Assembly (NCBI GenBank): GCA_030167145.1
Contig: CP126532.1
Coordinates: 4,860,001 to 4,892,000, forward strand
Length of the DNA stretch: 32,000 nucleotides
DNA from: Ktedonobacterales bacterium
Lineage (GTDB): Bacteria > Chloroflexota > Ktedonobacteria > Ktedonobacterales > JADMIN01
Direction: 5' to 3'
Under the pieces are notes generated by a model, which saw only the letters and a program-made list of their open reading frames with translations, ran no database searches and had not been told where the DNA came from. Of this stretch, positions 8,037 to 15,279 are shown piece by piece. The position numbers and the translations under genes are program-made. The number at the start of each line of letters is the position of its first letter. The stretch's first letter is position 1.

Positions 8037-8108
8037 TGGCGGCGGAGGGATTTGAACCCACGACCAAGGGCTTATGAGTCCCCTGCTCTACCACTGAGCT
8101 ACACCGCC
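8037..8108 (-). tRNA. tRNA-Met (anticodon CAU), elongator-like; tRNA-Ile2 (lysidine) cannot be excluded
   Basis: The minus strand folds as GGCGGTG TA GCTC AGTGGTA GAGC A GGGGA CTCATAA GCCCT TGGTC GTGGG TTCAAAT CCCTC CGCCGCC A. Pair 1:72 is G-C, so this is not an initiator. There is one T:T mismatch in the T-stem and an A:G at 31:39. The 3' CCA is not encoded (the tail reads ACCC). Confidence 0.8.
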
Positions 8109-8115
8109 AGTGAAC

Positions 8116-8142
8116 CGCCCCCTGGCTCGTGGCCAGGGGGCG
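8116..8142 (-). other. GC-rich 11-bp-stem hairpin in the 39-nt spacer between the two tRNAs
   Basis: CGCCCCCTGGC (8116-8126) / loop TCGTG / GCCAGGGGGCG (8132-8142). No U-tract follows on the transcribed (minus) strand. Confidence 0.6.
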
Positions 8143-8147
8143 AAATT

Positions 8148-8223
8148 TGGTAGCGGGGGGCGGATTCGAACCGCCGACCTCCGGGTTATGAGCCCGACGA
8201 GCTAACCACTGCTCTACCCCGCG
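8148..8223 (-). tRNA. Initiator tRNA-fMet (anticodon CAU)
   Basis: The minus strand reads CGCGGGGTAGAGCAGTGGTTAGCTCGTCGGGCTCATAACCCGGAGGTCGGCGGTTCGAATCCGCCCCCCGCTACCA. It closely matches the bacterial initiator consensus as I recall it: unpaired 1:72 (C:U), three G-C pairs closing the anticodon stem, and CCA encoded. Confidence 0.92.
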
Positions 8224-8234
8224 ATGCAAAAGAG

Positions 8235-8263
8235 ATTGTATCACCGCGAACGGCGCATGTCAA
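8235..8263 (-). promoter_or_regulatory. Near-consensus sigma70 promoter of the tRNA-fMet/tRNA-Met operon
   Basis: On the minus strand: TTGACA (8263-8258) - 17 nt - TACAAT (8240-8235), with the -10 hexamer ending 11 nt upstream of the tRNA 5' end. Confidence 0.75.
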
Positions 8264-8378
8264 TCATCTTGCCAGCCGTGCTATACTTGCCGCACCTCAT
8301 TCCGCACTGTTCGCTCCGTGATCGGCACGTTGAGCGCGGAGGGAAGTGACATCTCGAATGAGTAGGAAGGCCCACTAC

Positions 8379-8843
8379 ATGAGCACGGAACCGCCATATG
8401 GCTACAGCCCCGAACAGCCATCGCAGTATCCATCGCAGTACCCGCAGCAACCCGCGTATCCACCACCGCCGCCCGGCTATGTCCCATCGGGATACGCACC
8501 ACCGCCACCGCCGCCACCACCTGGCTATGGCTATCCTGCTCTGCCATCGCAGTACCCAGGTATGCAGCCAGGCTACCCGCAACCCTATGGCGTGCCGGTA
8601 CTTCCCGACCAAAATGGTGGTCTTGCCATCGCGGGCCTGGTGTTGGGGTGTGTCAGTCTTGTGCTGTGCATCTTCAATATTTGCGACACACCCTTTATCG
8701 CGTTAGGCATTATCTTCAGCGCACTCGGCATGAAATCCATGCAGCGTAAGACACTCGCTATCGTTGGCCTCGTTCTCTCGCTCATCGCGCTCGTGCTTGC
8801 CACCGGCATCTTCATCCTCGAGATGGCCGCCAACGGCGGCTAA
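8379..8843 (+). CDS. Membrane protein with a Pro/Tyr/Gln-rich N-terminus and a DUF4190-like two-TM C-terminal region
   Basis: AGGAAGG lies 9 nt upstream of ATG8379. The N-terminus is PPYGYSPEQPSQYPSQYPQQPAYPPPPPGY... It is followed by hydrophobic helices GLAIAGLVLGCVSLVLCIF and LAIVGLVLSLIALVLATGIFIL. Confidence 0.75.
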   Translation: MSTEPPYGYSPEQPSQYPSQYPQQPAYPPPPPGYVPSGYAPPPPPPPPGYGYPALPSQYPGMQPGYPQPYGVPVLPDQNGGLAIAGLVLGCVSLVLCIFNICDTPFIALGIIFSALGMKSMQRKTLAIVGLVLSLIALVLATGIFILEMAANGG

Positions 8844-9208
8844 TGGCGGCGGAGCGATGGCTTCAACACTCGCGTTCATGAGTTGACGCTATGCGGTGCA
8901 AGTTGTCTTGTCTTATCCAACTGGAACGTGGAAACTGGAAATACGGCTAGGTATTCTGCCGCACGCTCGCGATACAATATCCTCAACACCAACGCGCCCG
9001 CTGCTGAGGCGGGCGTCTCTGTTGTATGCTGTAGCAAGAACCATCAGCCCGTAGCGCTTTCGGCCAGTGCTCCCGACGACGTCAACCGCAGACAAGATCC
9101 GCCGCGCGGGAAGCGAATATCCGTATTAGCATTCCAGACACGCGCCCCTGCCAACGCTCTGTACTCAGCGCTGGTGGAAACGTGTCTTCTAAGGAGATTC
9201 CGTACCGT

Positions 9209-10612
9209 ATGGCGACAAAGACCAAGCCCGCAACCATCGGACAACTCCGCGCGAGTGGCTATCGGGCACTGCCCGTAAAGGAAGAGATGCGCAAGAATCT
9301 CATCCGCAAGATGCGCGAAGGCGAAGACCTCTTCCCTGGCATCGTCGGCTATGAAGAGACCGTCATCCCGCAGGTAGAGAACGCCATCCTCTCCGGCCAG
9401 GACATCGTTCTGCTTGGTGAGCGCGGCCAGGCGAAGACTCGCATTGCCCGCAGCCTTGTCCAATTCCTCGACGACGAGACACCCGTCGTTGCTGGCTGCG
9501 AGATCAATGATGACCCCTTTGCGCCCATTTGCAAATCCTGCCAGTTGCGCATCGCCGAAGAGGGCGACGAAACACCTATCCACTGGCTCCCGCGCGACCG
9601 TCGGTACGGTGAGAAGCTTGCAACACCTGACATCACTATTGCCGATCTGCTCGGCGAGGTAGACCCTATTAAGGTCGCCGAAGGCCGTTATCTATCTGAC
9701 GAACTGACCATCCACTACGGGCTGATACCGCGCACCAATCGCGGCATCTTCTGCATCAACGAGCTGCCCGATCTTGCCGAGCGCATTCAGGTCGGCCTGC
9801 TCAACATCATGGAAGAGCGCGACGTGCAGATTCGCGGCTACAAAGTGCGGCTGCCGCTCGATGTCTTCGTCGTCGCCAGCGCCAACCCTGAAGACTACAC
9901 CAATCGCGGGCGCATCATCACGCCGCTTAAAGACCGCCTCGGCTCCGAAATCCGCACACACTATCCCCGCACCACTGAACACGAAATGGAGATCATGGAG
10001 GCCGAAAGCACTCCCTTCGCGTTGGATGGCATCGAAACCAGCTACCCAGAGTTCATGAAAGAAGTCGTCGCCGAGATCACCCATCTCGCCCGCGGCAGCT
10101 CCGATATCAGCCAGCGTTCCGGCGTCAGCGTCCGCGTGTCCATCACGAACTATGAGAACGTGATGAGCAACGCCGTCCGCCGCGCCGTCCGCCTGAAGGA
10201 GCGGCAAGCTGCCCCGCGCGTCAGCGATCTCTCTGCCGTCATCGCCTCCACCGCTGGCAAAATCGAACTCGATACCGTCGGCGATGTGAAGGAAGAAAAA
10301 GTCGTCGAGAAGCTCGTGCGCCAGGCCATCAACAAAGTCTTCCGCGACTACTTCGAGGTTGGCGAATTCGAGCAATTGGTCGCTGGCTTCGACAAAGGAT
10401 TGAGCGTCCAGGCCTCTGACGGGCAGCCCGCGATGGAGTACGTCAACCAGCTCGCACGTGTCGGCGGCCTCAAGTCCGCAGTGCAGAAGCTCAACGGCCA
10501 TGGCAACCCAGCGACTGTCGCTTCAGCGGTTGAGTTCATTCTCGAAGGGCTGCACCTGAACAAGCGCCTCAACAAAGATGAGGTTGCTGGTCAGGCGCAG
10601 TATCACCGGTGA
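9209..10612 (+). CDS. ChlI/Mg-chelatase-like AAA+ ATPase (often mis-annotated as sigma-54-interacting); partner of the downstream vWA protein
   Basis: N-terminus TIGQLRASGY; Walker A LLGERGQAKT; Walker B GIFCINELPDL. Resembles the conserved actinobacterial/Firmicute AAA+ partner of COG4867-type vWA proteins. Start taken at ATG9209; GTG9182 is an alternative. Confidence 0.8.
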   Translation: MATKTKPATIGQLRASGYRALPVKEEMRKNLIRKMREGEDLFPGIVGYEETVIPQVENAILSGQDIVLLGERGQAKTRIARSLVQFLDDETPVVAGCEINDDPFAPICKSCQLRIAEEGDETPIHWLPRDRRYGEKLATPDITIADLLGEVDPIKVAEGRYLSDELTIHYGLIPRTNRGIFCINELPDLAERIQVGLLNIMEERDVQIRGYKVRLPLDVFVVASANPEDYTNRGRIITPLKDRLGSEIRTHYPRTTEHEMEIMEAESTPFALDGIETSYPEFMKEVVAEITHLARGSSDISQRSGVSVRVSITNYENVMSNAVRRAVRLKERQAAPRVSDLSAVIASTAGKIELDTVGDVKEEKVVEKLVRQAINKVFRDYFEVGEFEQLVAGFDKGLSVQASDGQPAMEYVNQLARVGGLKSAVQKLNGHGNPATVASAVEFILEGLHLNKRLNKDEVAGQAQYHR

Positions 10613-10709
10613 GCGTTCAGCCCATACCGGCTCTCACGCCCCATTCGCTGCCCGTATTGCATACATATCCGATACGGATGCCGATGTGGTCTAGACCTTG
10701 GAGCCTGCC

Positions 10710-12935
10710 ATGTTCGACCGATTCCGCTCACGTAAGTCATTCCGTTACTCACGTTGGGACGGCTCTCAGCGCTTCGATGACCTCGACGCTGGCTCGATTC
10801 TCGATGCGCTCTCCGATGACTATCTGCGCCATAGCGACCTGCGTCGCGCCCTCGAACGCATGATGCGCCAGGGATTTCGGGGGCCAGACGGCCAGCGCCG
10901 GATGGGCCTACAAGACCTCATGGATCGCCTCCGCGCCCAGCGCGAGCGCCAGATGATGCGCTACAACCTCTCTGGCGTCATGGACGACATCCAGCAGAAG
11001 CTAGAACACATCAAGCAAATGGAGCGTGAAGGCATCCAGCGCCGCTTGGACAACGCTTCCGGCAATCAGCAAAGCCAGGATGGCCAGCAATCTAGCGCGC
11101 CCAATGATAAAGGCGAGCAGCAAGGCCAGCCCTCAGCGCGCGGGGAGGCAGACCAGCGCGGGCAACAAGGCCAAGGCAGTCAACAACGTCAGTCCCGCCA
11201 ATCAGGTCAATCTGGCCAATCTGGTCAGCGCGGACAATCAGAGCAACAAGGCCAGCAAGGCGACGCTCCAGATGGACTGGACCCCGACGCACTACGGCGC
11301 ATGCTCGAAAACATCGCCAATCGCAAGCTCCAATTTCTGGACGAGTTGCCCGGCGACCCCTCCGGCCAGATAAAGCAACTCTCAGAATACGATTTCATGG
11401 ACGATCAGGCCCGGCAGGAGTTCCAGGAATTGCTGCAAATGCTTCAGCAGCAGGTCATGCAGCAGTACTTCCAGGGCATGCAGCAGGCCATCCAGAACAT
11501 GTCGCCCGAAGATCTCACCCGCATGCGCGAGATGGTCCGCGCCCTCAACCAGATGCTGCGCGAACGCGCCCAGGGCGGCGAACCAGACTTCGATAGCTTC
11601 ATGCAGCAGTATGGCGATTTCTTCGGCCCGGGCATCAACAATTTGGACGACCTGATCGAGCAGATGCGCCGCCAGCAAATGGCCATGCAAGCCGTCATGG
11701 ATAGCATGAGCGCTGAGCAGCGCGAGCAGCTGCAGCAGATGGTAGACGACCTCATCGGCGACGACCGCCTCCGCGTGGACCTCGCCGAGCTGGCGATGAA
11801 CCTTGGCATGGTCGCGCCATCCGATGCTCGCACCGAATATCGCCTTACCGGCGATGAGCCGCTCTCGCTCGCGGAAGCGATGAGCCTGATGGGCACGCTG
11901 CAAGAGATGGACGAGCTCGATCAGCAGATCCAGCAGGCGCGGCGTTCCGGCGACCTCGACGCGCTTGACTCCGACAAGATGCGCGACCTCGTCGGCGAGG
12001 AAGAGGCCGAGGCGCTACGTCAGCTTCAATCGCTCCTCAAACAACTCGAAGACGAAGGCATGATCCAGCGCCACGGCGACCGCTATGAACTGACGGCGCG
12101 CGGCATTCGCCGAATCGGGCAGAAAGCGCTGGAAGACATCTTTGCCCAGCTCAAGAAAGATGCCTTTGGCCAGCACAAGCTTCCTCAGCGCGGCTATGGC
12201 GGTGAGCGTGCTGACGACACCAAAGTCTATGCTTTCGGTGACCCCTTCCACCTCCACCTGGAGCGCACCGTCATGAACGGCGTCTCCCGCGCTGGCTCTG
12301 GCACACCCGTCCACCTGGATGCCGAAGACTTTGAGGTCTACCGTACCGAACACTCCACTCAATCGGCCACCGTCCTGATGCTCGATATGAGCATGAGCAT
12401 GCTCTACAACGGACTCTGGATGCCGGCCAAGAAAGTCGCCATTGCGCTCGAGAGCCTGATTCGCGGCCAGTTCCCGCGCGACCAACTCTACATCGTTGGT
12501 TTTTCCAGCCGAGCGCGCGAGTTCAAGCCTGAACAACTCATCGAGGTTAGTGAATGGGATAGCGACCAGGGCACTAATATGGTCCACGGCCTGATGCTCG
12601 CTCGCCAGTTGCTCGCCCGCTCGCGCAACACCAACAAGCAGATTCTCATGGTGACCGATGGCGGGCCGACCGTCTATAACGAAGGTGGCGAATGGTACTT
12701 CACCTGGCCAGATACCAGAGCGGCTGAGTTGCAGACGCTCCGCGAAGTGCGCCGGTGTGCCCGTGATAACGTCGCTATCAACGTTTTCATGCTCTCTGAT
12801 GACACCTACCTCAAACATTTCGTCAACCAGATGGCCACCGTCAATAAGGGCCGCGCCTTCTACGTCAGCCCCGACAACCTGGGCGAGTACATCCTGATCG
12901 ACTACTTGAACAACCGGCAGAAGCATGTCCATTGA
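10710..12935 (+). CDS. vWA-domain protein (COG4867-like) with a long helical, Q-rich N-terminal region
   Basis: N-terminus MFDRFRSRKSFRYSRWDGSQ. The C-terminal vWA has the MIDAS motif LMLDMSMSM (DxSxS) and ILMVTDGGPT. GGAG lies 6 nt upstream of ATG10710. A Q/G/S-rich insert spans about 11060-11270. Confidence 0.8.
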   Translation: MFDRFRSRKSFRYSRWDGSQRFDDLDAGSILDALSDDYLRHSDLRRALERMMRQGFRGPDGQRRMGLQDLMDRLRAQRERQMMRYNLSGVMDDIQQKLEHIKQMEREGIQRRLDNASGNQQSQDGQQSSAPNDKGEQQGQPSARGEADQRGQQGQGSQQRQSRQSGQSGQSGQRGQSEQQGQQGDAPDGLDPDALRRMLENIANRKLQFLDELPGDPSGQIKQLSEYDFMDDQARQEFQELLQMLQQQVMQQYFQGMQQAIQNMSPEDLTRMREMVRALNQMLRERAQGGEPDFDSFMQQYGDFFGPGINNLDDLIEQMRRQQMAMQAVMDSMSAEQREQLQQMVDDLIGDDRLRVDLAELAMNLGMVAPSDARTEYRLTGDEPLSLAEAMSLMGTLQEMDELDQQIQQARRSGDLDALDSDKMRDLVGEEEAEALRQLQSLLKQLEDEGMIQRHGDRYELTARGIRRIGQKALEDIFAQLKKDAFGQHKLPQRGYGGERADDTKVYAFGDPFHLHLERTVMNGVSRAGSGTPVHLDAEDFEVYRTEHSTQSATVLMLDMSMSMLYNGLWMPAKKVAIALESLIRGQFPRDQLYIVGFSSRAREFKPEQLIEVSEWDSDQGTNMVHGLMLARQLLARSRNTNKQILMVTDGGPTVYNEGGEWYFTWPDTRAAELQTLREVRRCARDNVAINVFMLSDDTYLKHFVNQMATVNKGRAFYVSPDNLGEYILIDYLNNRQKHVH
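11199..11243 (+). repeat. 9-bp tandem repeat CAATCWGGY x3 (plus 2 degenerate units) encoding (QSG)n inside the vWA gene
   Basis: Units at 11199-11207, 11208-11216 and 11217-11225; degenerate units at 11226-11243. Read as GQS GQS GQS GQR GQS, this is again a Gly-X-Y-type triplet. Confidence 0.8.
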
Positions 12936-13671
12936 CGAACGCGAGGCGTGGCGACCGCTGATCGAAGGCGCAGCGGTGCTTGGCATTGTGCTGGATGACC
13001 TCCAGGTCCAGCGCTTCGCCACTCTACGCGATCTGCTGCTGGATTGGAACACGCGCTTCAATCTCACCGCGATCACCGATCCGGCAGAGGTTATCACACG
13101 CCACTTTCTGGACTCCCTCACCTGTGCGCTCGCGCTTCCCCCAGAGACGCACGCGCAGCCGCTGGCGCTACTCGATGTCGGTGCGGGCGCAGGCTTCCCT
13201 GGCTTGCCGCTCGCCATCGCATTTCCAAAGTGGCGGGTGCATCTGCTGGAATCAACCGGCAAGAAAGTGCAGTTTCAGGAGGCAGTAGTCGCGGCCCTAG
13301 CATTGCCCACCGTCTATCCGCTTACCGGTCGCGCCGAAGACTTCGCGCGCAAGCCCGCGTACCGCGCCAAATTCGACGTAATCACCGCCCGCGCCGTGGC
13401 CGCGCTGCCCACTCTGCTTGAATACTGCGCGCCTCTCGCCAAAGTCGGCGGTATGCTCATCTTTCCCAAGAAGGGCGATCTTGCTGCTGAATATGCTGCT
13501 GGCGAGCGCGCAGCAACGCTGCTTGGTGGGCGATTGCTCGATCCCATGCCCATCACCCTGCCTCCGCTCAACGATGGGCGTGTGCTTGTCGTCGCCCGAC
13601 AAGAGCGCCCTTGCCCACTGCAGTATCCCCGGAGCGCGGGTGCCCCCGTGAAGCGCCCGCTAGGCAGTTAA
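12925..13671 (+). CDS. rsmG: 16S rRNA (guanine527-N7)-methyltransferase RsmG (GidB)
   Basis: Motifs LLDWNTRFNLTAITDPAEVITRHFLDSL and the SAM-binding LLDVGAGAGFPGLPLAI. ATG12925 overlaps the vWA stop (12933-12935) by 11 nt. Confidence 0.85.
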   Translation: MSIDEREAWRPLIEGAAVLGIVLDDLQVQRFATLRDLLLDWNTRFNLTAITDPAEVITRHFLDSLTCALALPPETHAQPLALLDVGAGAGFPGLPLAIAFPKWRVHLLESTGKKVQFQEAVVAALALPTVYPLTGRAEDFARKPAYRAKFDVITARAVAALPTLLEYCAPLAKVGGMLIFPKKGDLAAEYAAGERAATLLGGRLLDPMPITLPPLNDGRVLVVARQERPCPLQYPRSAGAPVKRPLGS

Positions 13672-13684
13672 TGGAGAATACACC

Positions 13685-14599
13685 ATGCTAGCAAGCGACG
13701 ATACCACTCTGCTCATTCGCCGCAGCGAACTGACCTGCCCCGGCCATTCGCTCAAGATGATGACCAAAGCAGCAGGTATGCCCGCCGATCAGGTGATATT
13801 CGACCTCGAAGACGCCTGCGCCCTCTCGCAAAAGGTTGCCGCTCGCGCAACCGTCATCGAAGCGCTCCGTACTCTCGACTTCGGCGGCAAGATTCGCGCA
13901 TTCCGCCCCAACGGCCTCCATACCAAATTCTTCTACCGCGACCTGATTGACATTGTGGAAGCGGCAGGCCACTATCTCGATTGCGTGGTGATTCCCAAGG
14001 TCAATGCGCCTGAAGACGTGCTCTTCGTAGGCCGTCTGCTCACCCAGGTCGAAGAGAATATGGGCTTACCCGTCGGCCGCATCCGCATCGAAGCGTTGAT
14101 CGAATCAGCGGACGCTGTGCTGCACGCTGAACACATCGCCAAGGCCACGCCGCGCCTGAGTGGCCTCATCTTTGGCCTGGTGGATTTCGCGGGTGACATC
14201 GGTGCAAAAGAACTGGGCGCAGAGCAGTTCTTCTACTACAACTACGCCAAGGCCAAAACGCTCACCGCCGCCCGCGCTGCGGGCATTACCTGTGTGGATG
14301 GCGTGACGCTCGCCATACGCGACCTGGAGGCCTGCCGCCGCGACGCGGCCATGGCCGCGCGCATGGGCTTTGATGGCAAGTGGGCCATCCACCCCGCGCA
14401 GGTCGAGATCATCAATACTGCCTTCACCCCCACTGCCGACGAGATTGCCCAGGCGCAACGCATCGTCGCAGCATACGAGCAGGCCGATGTCGAGCACGGT
14501 CTCGGCGCCATCGTCCTTGATGACCAGATGATAGATGCCGCACAACTTCGCGTCGAGCGCAAACGCCTCGCCATCGCCCGCAAAGTTGGACTCGCGTAG
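13685..14599 (+). CDS. HpcH/HpaI aldolase / citrate lyase beta (CitE)-like CoA-ester lyase family protein
   Basis: Motifs RRSELTCPGHSLKMM, VIFDLEDA, VIPKV, IEALIESA, and the C-terminal GFDGKWAIHPAQV typical of CitE/malyl-CoA-lyase-like enzymes. GGAGA RBS present. Confidence 0.7.
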   Translation: MLASDDTTLLIRRSELTCPGHSLKMMTKAAGMPADQVIFDLEDACALSQKVAARATVIEALRTLDFGGKIRAFRPNGLHTKFFYRDLIDIVEAAGHYLDCVVIPKVNAPEDVLFVGRLLTQVEENMGLPVGRIRIEALIESADAVLHAEHIAKATPRLSGLIFGLVDFAGDIGAKELGAEQFFYYNYAKAKTLTAARAAGITCVDGVTLAIRDLEACRRDAAMAARMGFDGKWAIHPAQVEIINTAFTPTADEIAQAQRIVAAYEQADVEHGLGAIVLDDQMIDAAQLRVERKRLAIARKVGLA

Positions 14600-14623
14600 G
14601 TGTCCCTGCTCTACCTGTCCGCC

Positions 14624-15031
14624 CTATCTCTTTCGCGGCTGTCCGTGCTGTTTGCCTGGACCCTGTCCGTGCTGTCCGCCGCGATTCTGACGTGGGTGTT
14701 GCTGCCCGCCGCCTAGGTGTGCGCCCCCTTTGCCACTGCTGCCGCTTCGCTGCGCCCCCGCACCGGCTCTGCTCGGCCTGCCCAGAATCGCTTGCGCCTC
14801 CACCTCATGGCCGTGGCTCATCAGCCAGCGCTCCGCCTCGCCGTGCATGCCCACCAGCGCGCGGCTCGCGGCAATCATCATCCACATTGCCGCCTCAGCA
14901 TCCGTTGTCGCGTCTGGCTGCCACTGCCCCTCGGCAACTAGAAATGCCCGCAACGCCTCTGGGTCGCGCTGGCGCAGCACCGCATCAAGCCGTCCACGAA
15001 ATCCTGCCGCGCCACCAGAATCAGCTCCCAT
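14624..15031 (-). CDS. Hypothetical small protein (helical N-terminal part, Gly/Gln/His/basic C-terminal tail)
   Basis: GGGGAG lies about 8 nt upstream of ATG15031. The sequence is a non-degenerate N-terminal 85 aa followed by the tail GGQHGQGPGKQHGQPRKR. The overlapping + strand ORFs are P/A/R/S-rich shadow frames. No family recognised. Confidence 0.5.
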   Translation of the reverse strand: MGADSGGAAGFRGRLDAVLRQRDPEALRAFLVAEGQWQPDATTDAEAAMWMMIAASRALVGMHGEAERWLMSHGHEVEAQAILGRPSRAGAGAQRSGSSGKGGAHLGGGQQHPRQNRGGQHGQGPGKQHGQPRKR

Positions 15032-15133
15032 GCGTCTGTCTCCCCGTACTTACGTTGTATGCATCGTATGCAGTTTACACGTTTCCGTCATCCTCAAGGA
15101 TGCGCCACGAAAATGCAGATGGCAAGTGCGGAC

Positions 15134-15177
15134 AAAAAGAGGAGAGAGCAAGCACGCCATTGTGCCGCTCTCTCCTC
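15134..15177 (-). terminator. Intrinsic terminator downstream of the hyperacidic-protein gene
   Basis: 11-bp perfect stem GAGGAGAGAGC (15139-15149) / GCTCTCTCCTC (15167-15177), followed on the minus strand by TTTTT (15138-15134). Confidence 0.75.
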
Positions 15178-15279
15178 GTCGCCCACATCTTAGCTTACCG
15201 GCGGTAAAGTCCTCGCCCTGCCCCCAACAGAGGGAAGGTCTCTAGCGCTGGCAGCATCTCCAACTTGCGCCACCCAACA

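Noticed and set aside
8029-8244. 71-aa minus ORF and 7938..8153 + ORF across the tRNA region
   Set aside because: They overlap two well-folding tRNA genes and are translation artefacts of tRNA sequence.
12015-13262. 415-aa minus ORF antisense to the vWA 3' end and rsmG; also 4025..5044 (339 aa) antisense to the secreted amidase gene and 9692..10501 (269 aa) antisense to the AAA+ gene
   Set aside because: Same shadow-ORF reasoning. These ORFs span gene boundaries of well-supported + strand genes and lack starts with an RBS.
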